Positions 18,946-27,232 of a DNA stretch of 30,050 nucleotides are shown here, one piece after another (position 1 is the first letter of the stretch; each line of letters starts with the position of its first letter). Under the pieces are notes generated by a model. The model was not told the origin of the DNA, did no database searches, and saw only the letters and a list, made by a program, of their open reading frames with translations. The stretch is taken from the NCBI GenBank assembly GCA_041653795.1, contig JBAZER010000027.1, forward strand, positions 1 to 30,050, read 5' to 3'. Both the position numbers and the translations under genes were made by a program. Source of the stretch: Candidatus Omnitrophota bacterium (GTDB lineage: Bacteria; Omnitrophota; Omnitrophia; Omnitrophales; Aquincolibacteriaceae).

Positions 18946-19045
18946 ATGCGTTGCTCCAGTTATTCCCTCCTGTAGGGCACATTTAAATGTGCCCTACGGA
19001 AGAGAGGATAGAGCGAATATCTCTCAGGAAACCGGAACAATGCAT
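18946..19045 (+). mobile_element. MITE copy 1 (100 bp). Imperfect ~16-bp TIRs (ATGCGTTGCTCCAGTT / AACCGGAACAATGCAT), a central 26-bp perfect palindrome GTAGGGCACATTTAAATGTGCCCTAC, and a 5-bp TSD TTTAT (18941-18945 and 19046-19050). Sits between purF and purL
   Basis: Three near-identical copies in the window, each with its own 5-bp direct duplication. Confidence 0.65.
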
Positions 19046-19063
19046 TTTATATAAAATGCGGTA

Positions 19064-21331
19064 TTATTTTCGTTCCATGATATTGGGAATCGTGTTTTCG
19101 AAAAGTTTCACCATGTTCCCGACTGTCAGCCGGATCCGGTCTCCCAGGATGAGCGTGTCTCCGCCTACCTTACCGATTTCGTAAAGTGCAACCCCCTGTT
19201 TCTGCGCCAAATTCCTGATGTCCTTTTGATGCTCGGGCGTGACCGAGATTACCACACGTGACTGACTTTCGCCGAAATAAAGTGCATCCGCACGAAGTTC
19301 CTTTTGATCTTTCAAAACACCGTCAAGACCGTTCACCACAGCACCCAAGCCGCCGGCGCTCTTGATGCAACATTCGGCAAGCGCAACCGCAAGCCCGCCC
19401 TCGGAAAGATCATGACAGGAAACGATTTTTTTTCCGTCTGCGGCGGCAAGGATGAATTGATGAAGCGCCTTTTCGCGCGCGAGGTCAAGGCGCGGCGGCA
19501 GGCCCTGCTTCAATCCGTGCTCGATCATCAGGTAGTGGCTCCCGCCAAGTTCATTGAACGTTTCGCCCGCGAGAAAAATAATATCATCAGCATTCTGGAA
19601 CGCCGACGGGACGCGTTTTTCGATATTCTCCAAAAGACCCACCATGCCGATCGTGGGCGTCGGATAGATGGCGCCCTGCGGGCTCTCGTTATAGAAGCTG
19701 ACGTTCCCGCCTGTCACCGGGATCTCAAGCGCCTTGCAGGATTCGATAATCCCGGAGACGGCGCTATGAAATTGCCAGAAAATCTCGGGTTTCATGGGAT
19801 TGCCGAAATTAAGACAATTTGTCACACCGACCGGCCGTGCGCCGGAACAGACGACGTTACGCGCCGCTTCCGCAACGGCGATTTTTCCGCCCTCGAACGG
19901 ATCGAGATAAACATAAAGACTGTTGCAATCGGTCGAGACCGCAATTCCTTTTTGTGTTCCCTTGATGCGGATGAGCGCAGCGTCATGTCCCGGATAAAAG
20001 ACCGTGTCCGTACGGACCATGTGGTCGTACTGTTGCCAAACCCAGGCCTTGGAAGCAATCGAAGGATCTGAGAGCAGTCGCTTGAGTACGTCACTGAAAT
20101 TCTCGGGCTCGGAAATTACGGCAAGATCAAGTTTTTGCGCTTCGGCAAGGTAGGCCGGCTTTTCTTCTTCACGCATATAAACTGGCCCGTCATCCGCAAG
20201 CGCTTTGGCCGGGATCTCCGCGGCCATTTTTCCCCCGTCCAGCACGCGATATTTGTCACCCCGGGTCACTTCGCCGATCTTTACGGCATGAAGGTCCCAT
20301 TTCGTGAAAATGTCCTCGACCTCTTTTTCCTTTCCTTTTTTGACAATGACCAGCATGCGCTCCTGCGATTCCGAAAGCAGGGTTTCATAGGGGGTCATTC
20401 CGGGCTCGCGGCGCGGCACTTTTGCGAGATCGATCTCGACCCCGGTGCTTGCGCGGGACGCGGTCTCGCAACCTGCACAGGTCAGGCCCGCGGCGCCCAT
20501 ATCCTGCATACCCACAAGCGCGTCGGTCCTGAGAAGCTCCAGACACGCTTCCATCAAAAGTTTTTCCATAAACGGATCACCCACTTGCACGGCCGGGCGG
20601 TCCTCATGACTTTGTTCCGAGAGCTCTTTGGAAGCGAATGCCGCGCCGCCAAGTCCGTCACGGCCGGTCGTGGCTCCCACATAATAAACCGGATTGCCGA
20701 TGCCGTGCGCCGCGCCGCGCACGATCTCATCTTTTTGGATGATCCCGAGCGCCATCGCATTCACCAGGGGATTTCCTTCATAAGCAGCATCAAAATAGAT
20801 ATCGCCTCCGACGGTCGGAATGCCCATGCAATTACCGTAATGCGCGATCCCTGCGACCACCCCGCGGAAAAGCCGCTGACTCACCGGCTGCGCGAGATCC
20901 CCGAACCGGAGAGAATTCATTAAAAGGACCGGCCGCGCGCCCATGGTGAAAATATCCCGGAGAATGCCGCCCACGCCCGTTGCCGCACCCTGGAAGGGCT
21001 CGATCGCCGACGGATGGTTATGACTTTCGATCTTGAAACACACCGCAAGACCGTCGCCGATATCCACGATCCCGGCATTCTCCTGTCCCGGTTTCACGAG
21101 CAGGTGCTCCTGACGCGGGAGTTCCGCATTCATTTTGGAAAAGAGCTTGAGGATGGACTTGGAATTCTTATAAGAGCAATGCTCGCTCCACATCACGCTG
21201 AACATCCCGAGTTCTGTGATGTTGGGGTCCCGGCCGAGAATGTCCCGGATATGTTGAAACTCTTCCGGCGTGATTCCGTGCGCCGCGATTAATTCCGAAG
21301 TGATAGGTGTCGTCGAATCCAGTACCGGCAT
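19064..21331 (-). CDS. purL: Phosphoribosylformylglycinamidine synthase subunit PurL (FGAM synthase II)
   Basis: 755 aa, two PurM-like repeats, typical small-PurL N-terminus (...[12 protein letters not shown]...). Confidence 0.9.
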   Translation of the reverse strand: MPVLDSTTPITSELIAAHGITPEEFQHIRDILGRDPNITELGMFSVMWSEHCSYKNSKSILKLFSKMNAELPRQEHLLVKPGQENAGIVDIGDGLAVCFKIESHNHPSAIEPFQGAATGVGGILRDIFTMGARPVLLMNSLRFGDLAQPVSQRLFRGVVAGIAHYGNCMGIPTVGGDIYFDAAYEGNPLVNAMALGIIQKDEIVRGAAHGIGNPVYYVGATTGRDGLGGAAFASKELSEQSHEDRPAVQVGDPFMEKLLMEACLELLRTDALVGMQDMGAAGLTCAGCETASRASTGVEIDLAKVPRREPGMTPYETLLSESQERMLVIVKKGKEKEVEDIFTKWDLHAVKIGEVTRGDKYRVLDGGKMAAEIPAKALADDGPVYMREEEKPAYLAEAQKLDLAVISEPENFSDVLKRLLSDPSIASKAWVWQQYDHMVRTDTVFYPGHDAALIRIKGTQKGIAVSTDCNSLYVYLDPFEGGKIAVAEAARNVVCSGARPVGVTNCLNFGNPMKPEIFWQFHSAVSGIIESCKALEIPVTGGNVSFYNESPQGAIYPTPTIGMVGLLENIEKRVPSAFQNADDIIFLAGETFNELGGSHYLMIEHGLKQGLPPRLDLAREKALHQFILAAADGKKIVSCHDLSEGGLAVALAECCIKSAGGLGAVVNGLDGVLKDQKELRADALYFGESQSRVVISVTPEHQKDIRNLAQKQGVALYEIGKVGGDTLILGDRIRLTVGNMVKLFENTIPNIMERK

Positions 21332-21334
21332 AAT

Positions 21335-22024
21335 TTATTCCAGTGCGTTTGAGATGCTTTCGAAAATCCTGCGTCCGTCCGAAGAGCCGAGGAGGTCTTC
21401 ACTCGACCGCTCCGGATGCGGCATCATGCCCAGGACGTTCTTTTTCCTGTTCACGATGCCCGCGATGTGGTCCCTGGAACCGTTCGGGTTGAACTCTTCC
21501 CCGAGCTTCCCGTCCTCGGACGAATAACGAAAAACGACCTGGGAGTGGTCATGGAGGGACTTCAGCGTATCATCATCGCAATAATAATTCCCTTCGCCGT
21601 GCGCGATGGGAACACAAAGTGTCTCGCCCGGTTCCATCTGACCGGTAAAAATCGTCAGGTTCTCTTCCGTGCGGATCCAGGTGTGCTTGCAGATAAATTC
21701 CAGCGTTTTGTTCCGAAGCATCGCGCCCGGCAAGAGCCCGGCCTCCAGAAGGATCTGGAATCCGTTGCAGATCCCGATCACGGCCCGGCCGTCATTGGCG
21801 TGTTTGATCACCGATTCCATGACGGGAGAAAAGCGCGCGATCGCGCCGGTCCTGAGATAATCGCCGTAGCTGAACCCCCCGGGAATAACCACCAGATCCA
21901 CTTTGGGAAGGCTCCGGTCCTTGTGCCAGACATATTTCACAGGCACTTTGACGACGTCCTTAAGCGCATGGAAACAATCCGTATCGCAATTGGAACCCGG
22001 AAATACAATGACCGCGGCTTTCAT
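21335..22024 (-). CDS. purQ: Phosphoribosylformylglycinamidine synthase glutaminase subunit PurQ
   Basis: Class I glutamine amidotransferase with [14 protein letters not shown]... start; 229 aa. Confidence 0.9.
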   Translation of the reverse strand: MKAAVIVFPGSNCDTDCFHALKDVVKVPVKYVWHKDRSLPKVDLVVIPGGFSYGDYLRTGAIARFSPVMESVIKHANDGRAVIGICNGFQILLEAGLLPGAMLRNKTLEFICKHTWIRTEENLTIFTGQMEPGETLCVPIAHGEGNYYCDDDTLKSLHDHSQVVFRYSSEDGKLGEEFNPNGSRDHIAGIVNRKKNVLGMMPHPERSSEDLLGSSDGRRIFESISNALE

Positions 22025-22052
22025 GACTTTGAGATTTCCTTTTAAAAGCTTC

Positions 22053-22120
22053 CGTCATTGCGAGGAGTCCCGCCGACGGCGGAGCGACGCGGCAATCTCT
22101 CTCTACAAAAACGAGATTGC
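22053..22120. repeat. Short repeat CGTCATTGCGAGGA-[GC hairpin]-GGCAATCTC with a GCAATCTC/GAGATTGC hairpin; a related copy is at 26961-27033. Both lie just upstream of a MITE copy
   Basis: 14-bp and 9-bp identical blocks separated by different self-complementary GC stretches (CCGCCGACGGCGG vs CCTGCGAAGCAGG). Confidence 0.3.
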
Positions 22121-22159
22121 TTTCCGCCAGAGGCGGACACAAACTCGCAATAACACATT

Positions 22160-22259
22160 ATGCATTGTTCCGGTTTCCTGAGAGATATTCGCTCTATCCT
22201 CTCTTCCGTAGGGCACATTTAAATGTGCCCTACAGGAGGGAATAACTGGAGCAACGCAT
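22160..22259 (-). mobile_element. MITE copy 2 (100 bp, inverted orientation, identical to copy 1), TSD ACATT (22155-22159 and 22260-22264). Lies in the purQ-purS spacer
   Basis: Exact reverse complement of copy 1, flanked by a 5-bp direct repeat. Confidence 0.65.
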
Positions 22260-22270
22260 ACATTCTTTGT

Positions 22271-22528
22271 TTATGAAGGCACTTCTTGAATTTCGAATGA
22301 ATACTCTTCGATCACAGGATTATGAAGCAGCTTGTCGCACATGACGTGAATACATTCCTCCGCCTTTGTACGGTCGTCCGCTTCAAGCGCCAGCTCGAAA
22401 TACTTTCCGATCCGCAGGCTCTTTGCCTCTTTGAACCCCAGGGACTCGAGCGCGTGAAGCGTCGTTTGTCCCTGCGGGTCCAGGACCGATTTTTTTAAAC
22501 TGGTATGAATTCTTGCTGTAAATTTCAT
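22271..22528 (-). CDS. purS: Phosphoribosylformylglycinamidine synthase subunit PurS. Start at the internal MKFTARIH; the listed ORF runs to 22591
   Basis: 85-aa PurS fold sequence (…LDPQGQTTLHALESLGF…). Confidence 0.85.
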   Translation of the reverse strand: MKFTARIHTSLKKSVLDPQGQTTLHALESLGFKEAKSLRIGKYFELALEADDRTKAEECIHVMCDKLLHNPVIEEYSFEIQEVPS

Positions 22529-22613
22529 GTCGATCAACCCTCTTTCGTGTAGTTCGAATCTTCCCGCCTGGGACTGGGCCCCATTATTCAACGGCGGTAT
22601 GTTTTTTTAACTT

Positions 22614-23534
22614 CTAGCTTCGGATATCTTTTCCAGACAGACGTTTATAAATCTCACAATAGGCTTCGGTGGTTTTTTCGATGATATCGCCTGGAAGCTC
22701 CGGCGCGGGCGGGCGCTTGTCCCACGAGAGCGTCTCGAGATAATTCCTCACGATCTGTTTGTCGAAGCTCGTCTGGTCATGACCGGTCTCATATTGGTCA
22801 GCCGGCCAAAAACGAGAACTGTCCGGCGTCAGAATCTCGTCGATCAATATTATCTTTCCATCATGGATCCCAAATTCAAATTTTGTATCCGCAATGATGA
22901 TCCCTTTCGACGCCGCGTATTCCTGGCCTTTCTTGTAGAGAAGAATAGAAAGGTCCTTGGCCTGCTGGGCGATGTCTTTGCCCACGATCCGGATCGCTTC
23001 GCTGAAATCGATATTGATATCATGCCCGGTCTTCGCCTTCGTGGACGGGGTGAAGATCGGTTCCGGGAATTTCTGGCACTGTTTCATCCCGGGCAAAAGC
23101 GTGTGCCCGCAAACCTTGCCCGTCTTCAAATAATCTTTCCAACCAGACCCGGTAATGTAACCCCGCACCACGCATTCAATCGCAAGCGGCTTGGCCCGTT
23201 TCACGAGCACCGAACGCCCGGTCAGTTCATGACGAAAGTTAGCGACCACCTCTTTCGGCAAACCCATCGCGTCCACATCCGCGGTGATCAGGTGCTGCGG
23301 GAGAACATCTTTGAAATATTCGAGCCAGAAAAGCGTGATCTGGTTGAGCACTTTTCCCTTCATCGGGATCGGGTCAGGCATCACCACGTCAAAAGCACTC
23401 AGCCGATCGGTCGTCACGATCAGAAGCTTATCGGAACCCACGCCGTAGATATCACGCACCTTTCCGGCCGCTACACGCGGCAGAGGCAGATGCGTTTCCA
23501 GGATCGCTTCGTTCCTGTCAAGATCACTGAACAT
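22614..23534 (-). CDS. purC: Phosphoribosylaminoimidazole-succinocarboxamide synthase (SAICAR synthetase)
   Basis: 306 aa long-form PurC with GKVRDIY motif. Confidence 0.9.
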   Translation of the reverse strand: MFSDLDRNEAILETHLPLPRVAAGKVRDIYGVGSDKLLIVTTDRLSAFDVVMPDPIPMKGKVLNQITLFWLEYFKDVLPQHLITADVDAMGLPKEVVANFRHELTGRSVLVKRAKPLAIECVVRGYITGSGWKDYLKTGKVCGHTLLPGMKQCQKFPEPIFTPSTKAKTGHDINIDFSEAIRIVGKDIAQQAKDLSILLYKKGQEYAASKGIIIADTKFEFGIHDGKIILIDEILTPDSSRFWPADQYETGHDQTSFDKQIVRNYLETLSWDKRPPAPELPGDIIEKTTEAYCEIYKRLSGKDIRS

Positions 23535-23559
23535 ATTTTGGTTCCCTTATTTCTTTTTC

Positions 23560-25002
23560 TTAAAAATGAACCTTACGCACTTCGTTTCGTAAGCTCTTTT
23601 TACGTATCATCCCAGAAAAAGACTGGCCTGGTTTATACGTGACCCCTTTATCGGTAACCGTTGATGCATACAAAAAATCTTTTAAAACCCTTCGTTTCGA
23701 AAACATTTCAATTCCCGTACGTTTCAGAATGACCGGCACATTCTTGAGGTGTCTGTCATAGCTGAAAACCGCGCGGATCTCCTGGGGCGTCAGGACTTTC
23801 AAGATCTTCTCGTCTTTCAGCACCACCTGCTCCAGGTAAAGCTTTTCATCTTCCCAAAGCTTCCTGGCCGCATCCTGCACAAGCTTGTAGCCTTCCTCGC
23901 GCGTCAAGCCCTTCTCCACGAGGGCAAGAAGCAGGCTTTGCGAAAACACCATTCCGCGGCTCGACTCCAGATTCTTGAGCATGCGGTCCTTATTGACCAC
24001 GAGGTTCTCGATCACGTTCTGCATGAGCCCAAGCATGTAATCAAGGAGGATCGTGCTGTCGGGGAAAATGACGCGCTCGACGGAAGAATGCGTGATGTCC
24101 CGCTCGTGCCAAAGTGCGATATTCTCAAAACCCGCGAGCGCGTTCCCGCGAAGAATGCGCGAAAGTCCTGCCACACGTTCGCAGGTGATCGGGTTGCGCT
24201 TATGCGGCATGGCTGAGGAACCTTTCTGCCCTTTTGAAAAAAATTCCTGCACTTCAAAAATCTCTGTCCTCTGAAGACCCCGGATCTCGGTCGCAAGTTG
24301 TTCGAGCGTTCCACCAACAATTGCGATTGCACCAAGATATTCCGCATGACGGTCGCGCTGAAGGACCTGCGTCGAAACCGGCGCCGGGTTCAGCCCGAGC
24401 TTCTTGCAGACAAATTCTTCGACCCTGGGATCCACATTTGCAAAAGTCCCGACTGCGCCTGAGATCTTGCCATAGCGAAGATTTTCTTTGGCGGCCTCAA
24501 GACGCACGAGGCCCCGTTTACATGCGGCATGGAAAAGCGCCATCTTGAGCCCGAACGTGATAGGTTCGGCATGCACGCCGTGCGAGCGCCCCACCATAAG
24601 GGTACGGGCATGTTCTTTGGCTTTTTTGCCGAGAAGGGAGATAAGTTTTTTCAGTTCGCGGATAAGGATATCCGAGGCTTCCTGGACCTGGAGCGAAAGC
24701 CCGGTATCCAGAACATCTGATGAGGTCAGTCCAAAGTGGACGTAGCGGCCGGCAGGGCCGGCGTTCTCGGAAATATTGGTAAGAAAAGCAATGACGTCGT
24801 GATTGACGACCTTTTCGATCTCTTTGACTCGTTCAATGTCGAATTTCGCCCGTGCACGGACTTTGGCGGGAACATCTTTGGGGATATAGCTGTAACGTGC
24901 AAGGCCCTCAAGCGCGGCCAGTTCCACCTCAAGCCACTTTTGGAGCTTGTTCTCTTCCGTCCAGACCTTCGCCATTTCCTGGCGTGTGTAACGAGAGATC
25001 AT
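23560..25002 (-). CDS. purB: Adenylosuccinate lyase. Start at the internal MISRYTRQEMAKVW with RBS AAGGAAGGTGG; carries a ~50-aa basic C-terminal extension beyond the usual PurB end
   Basis: Fumarate-lyase/PurB signature (...SSAMPHKRNP...); start codon 33 nt downstream of the tRNA-Glu 3' end. Confidence 0.9.
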   Translation of the reverse strand: MISRYTRQEMAKVWTEENKLQKWLEVELAALEGLARYSYIPKDVPAKVRARAKFDIERVKEIEKVVNHDVIAFLTNISENAGPAGRYVHFGLTSSDVLDTGLSLQVQEASDILIRELKKLISLLGKKAKEHARTLMVGRSHGVHAEPITFGLKMALFHAACKRGLVRLEAAKENLRYGKISGAVGTFANVDPRVEEFVCKKLGLNPAPVSTQVLQRDRHAEYLGAIAIVGGTLEQLATEIRGLQRTEIFEVQEFFSKGQKGSSAMPHKRNPITCERVAGLSRILRGNALAGFENIALWHERDITHSSVERVIFPDSTILLDYMLGLMQNVIENLVVNKDRMLKNLESSRGMVFSQSLLLALVEKGLTREEGYKLVQDAARKLWEDEKLYLEQVVLKDEKILKVLTPQEIRAVFSYDRHLKNVPVILKRTGIEMFSKRRVLKDFLYASTVTDKGVTYKPGQSFSGMIRKKSLRNEVRKVHF

Positions 25003-25035
25003 CTTGTGTCCACCTTCCTTATGGCCCACAACCAA

Positions 25036-25113
25036 TGGTAGCGCTAACGGGATTTAAACCCGTGTTTCTGCCTTGAGAGGGCAGCGTCCTAGATCAGGCT
25101 AGACGATAGCGCC
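25036..25113 (-). tRNA. tRNA-Glu, anticodon CUC, CCA encoded. The T-loop is unusual (TTTAAAT) and the D-loop has no GG
   Basis: Reverse complement GGCGCTATCGTCTAGCCTGATCTAGGACGCTGCCCTCTCAAGGCAGAAACACGGGTTTAAATCCCGTTAGCGCTACCA. 7-bp acceptor, Glu-like D-arm (TCGTCTAG...AGGAC), anticodon stem CTGCC/GGCAG with loop CTCTCAA. Confidence 0.7.
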
Positions 25114-25363
25114 CTGATGTATCCAATTTATTTTCCCACATGGCTACATTAGGGCTGCACTGATTTCTCGATTCTTTTCTCAATAGAAAATCAGGCGCCC
25201 TGATGGACCTATTCAATCAGGCGCCATACAAACACGGGGCCTGTCAGAAACTAACCAACGATTGAAAACTGATTACGCCCTGATGGATCCAATTCATTTT
25301 TCCAATGGCTCCATTAGGGCTGCATTGATTTCCCGATTCATTTCTATATGGAAAATCAAGCGG
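25109..25363. repeat. Two tandem ~88-bp units (25109-25197 and 25275-25363, ~85% identical) directly upstream of tRNA-Glu. Each has hairpin 1 GCCCTGATGKA...TMCATTAGGGC and hairpin 2 YTGATTTCYC...RGAAAATCAR. A diverged middle segment also starts CGCCCTGATGG
   Basis: Read directly. Three compensatory base-pair changes between the two copies; G-U wobbles appear only in the plus-strand RNA sense. Confidence 0.6.
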
Positions 25364-25390
25364 GGGGATTGAAAATCCTTCAAACAAGTC

Positions 25391-25434
25391 CAGTCCCAAT
25401 TCTTTTCAATTTCAAAAAATCTGAAATTGGGGCA
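25391..25434. promoter_or_regulatory. Second copy of the nested dyad: CAGTCCCAAT-tcttt-TCAATTTCA-aaaaatc-TGAAATTG-GGGCA. Lies upstream of the tRNA-Glu/purB transcription unit
   Basis: Same outer and inner arms as 18830-18875, but a different loop sequence and length. Confidence 0.4.
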
Positions 25435-25566
25435 GCCCTCGTCACCATTCAAAAAACAAAGACAAGGGCAGTATAGCTTTGCCCCTATAGGATGTCAACG
25501 GAACTAGTCCCGGTCACCTTAAATTCAGCAAAAGTCGGGGCGATCGAACGACGCGGAAAGACAATA

Positions 25567-25845
25567 CTAGAACTTTCGATCAACCTTGTCCTTCAGGTCG
25601 TACACGGACTTCTCAAGCATTTTCACACGCTCGGACATGAACCGATTTGCCTGCTCCAGATCCGCGACGCGCCGTTCAAGTCTGTCCGCACGGTCCTGCC
25701 TGAGAGTCTTCTCCATATCGGCGAATTCCGTCGAAGTTCCACTCATCCCCGTCCCCGCCGCTTCGTCCTCGACCGCCCACGAAAGTGAGAATACGATCGA
25801 AAAAAACAGCACCCCTAAAATTGAAATTGCTGCGAGTTTTTTCAT
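25567..25845 (-). CDS. Small secreted coiled-coil protein (signal peptide MKKLAAISILGVLFFSIVFSLSWA, then about 65 aa of heptad repeats); Lpp-like in size but has no lipobox Cys
   Basis: Read from the translation; internal start chosen at MKKLAAIS. Confidence 0.45.
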   Translation of the reverse strand: MKKLAAISILGVLFFSIVFSLSWAVEDEAAGTGMSGTSTEFADMEKTLRQDRADRLERRVADLEQANRFMSERVKMLEKSVYDLKDKVDRKF

Positions 25846-25963
25846 AGGAGTCACCTCGAGCGGAGTATATCATAATTATAAAAGACGGGGAACGCAAAAC
25901 GGGAAACGCTGAACGCCAACGCTTTTTCGTTACCCGTTAACCGTTCCCCGAGCCCCGAGGCGT

Positions 25964-26887
25964 TTAGCCTCGAGGATGGAATTTCGCGTGAACGGACTTG
26001 AGGCGGTTTCCGGAAACATGCGTATAGATCTGTGTCGTGGAGATATCGGAATGACCGAGGAGCTCCTGCACGACGCGCAGGTCCGCGCCGCGTTCCAGCA
26101 GGTGCGTCGCAAAAGAATGGCGAAACGTGTGGGGTGTGATTGTTTTGGTGATGCCGGCAAGCCGCGCGTATTTTTTGATCATCTGCCATACAAATTGACG
26201 CGTCAGCCCCTTCCCGCTCCTGCCCAGAAAAAAATGATCCGTCCTGGTCTTCAATTTTGAACGGAACCTGGCAAGATAAGTCTGGCAAGCGGAGACCGCA
26301 ACACTTCCGAGCGGCACGAGCCGCTCCTTGTCACCCTTGCCGCGGCACTTGATGAACTTGTTATCCAGATACACATGCTCCGCCGTGAGCTCCGTGATCT
26401 CGGAGACCCGCATCCCGGTCGCGTAAAGGCATTCCAGAAGCGCCAGGTCGCGTATTCCCCCGGGCTTTTTGACGTCCGGCATCTTGAGAAGAGAGTCCAT
26501 CTCCTGTGCGGTCAAAAAGTGCGGCAGCTTTTTCCAGAGCTTCGGCGACTCAAGGACGCTTGTGATATCGCTTGGAACATAGCGTTCTTTGGCGAGAAAA
26601 CGGTGGAAAAGCTTGACCGAGACAAGCCCGCGTGCGATCGAGGAAGATTCGAGTCCGCGCCTGCTTTCCGCATTCAGGAATTTCAGGATGTGCGTCCGCG
26701 AGACCTTGCTCCAGTCCGAGACCTTTTCTTTTTTGAGGAATACGTCGTAGCGCACAAGGTCCTGCCGGTAAGCGTCGAGCGTGTTCTGCGCCAGTCCTTT
26801 TTCCACGGAGAGATAATTCAGGAACTCTTCAAAGAGGGACTGGTTCTTGTCCCTGGGTTTTTCCGGAGTCACCGCTGTTGTATCCAT
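25964..26887 (-). CDS. xerD: Tyrosine site-specific recombinase of the XerC/XerD type (most XerD-like)
   Basis: 307 aa; conserved R..H..R..Y catalytic C-terminus ...LLGHSDISTTQIYTHV...; the N-terminal core-binding domain aligns along its length with XerD. Confidence 0.8.
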   Translation of the reverse strand: MDTTAVTPEKPRDKNQSLFEEFLNYLSVEKGLAQNTLDAYRQDLVRYDVFLKKEKVSDWSKVSRTHILKFLNAESRRGLESSSIARGLVSVKLFHRFLAKERYVPSDITSVLESPKLWKKLPHFLTAQEMDSLLKMPDVKKPGGIRDLALLECLYATGMRVSEITELTAEHVYLDNKFIKCRGKGDKERLVPLGSVAVSACQTYLARFRSKLKTRTDHFFLGRSGKGLTRQFVWQMIKKYARLAGITKTITPHTFRHSFATHLLERGADLRVVQELLGHSDISTTQIYTHVSGNRLKSVHAKFHPRG

Positions 26888-27123
26888 CGCTTCTGGTATC
26901 GGCTAAACAACCCCAGGACTAGAGACTAAGAACCAAGAGCCTATCCTGATAACAATGTTGCGTCATTGCGAGGAACCTGCGAAGCAGGGACCGTGGCAAT
27001 CTCGTTTTTTTCGTTCTTGTAGAAAAAGATCGCTACGCCCTCTTCTCCGCCAAAGGACGGATTCGTCCGACGCCTTGTGGCGAAGGGGCCCGCGATGACA
27101 AATTGAAATCTGGAGAACTTAAA

Positions 27124-27223
27124 ATGCGTTGCTCCAGTTATTCCCTCCTGTAGGGCACATTTAAATGTGCCCTACGGAAGAGAGGATAGAGCAAATATCT
27201 CTCAGGAAACCGGAACAATGCAT
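27124..27223 (+). mobile_element. MITE copy 3 (100 bp, 1 mismatch to copy 1), TSD TTAAA (27119-27123 and 27224-27228). Sits between xerD and the flavoprotein gene
   Basis: Same TIRs and palindrome; flanked by a 5-bp direct repeat. Confidence 0.65.
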
Positions 27224-27232
27224 TTAAAGTTT

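Noticed and set aside
25109-25363. CRISPR array
   Set aside because: Only two (plus one diverged) long 88-bp units with 15% divergence and no regularly sized unique spacers; no cas genes in the window
25851-26288. 145-aa minus-strand ORF
   Set aside because: Overlaps the well-supported xerD reading frame in another frame
25964-26887. Tyrosine recombinase as the integrase of a genomic island at tRNA-Glu
   Set aside because: The protein aligns end-to-end with XerD-type chromosome-dimer-resolution recombinases. The repeats next to the tRNA adjoin its 5' end, not the 3' end used by integrases, and contain only 4-5 nt of tRNA sequence
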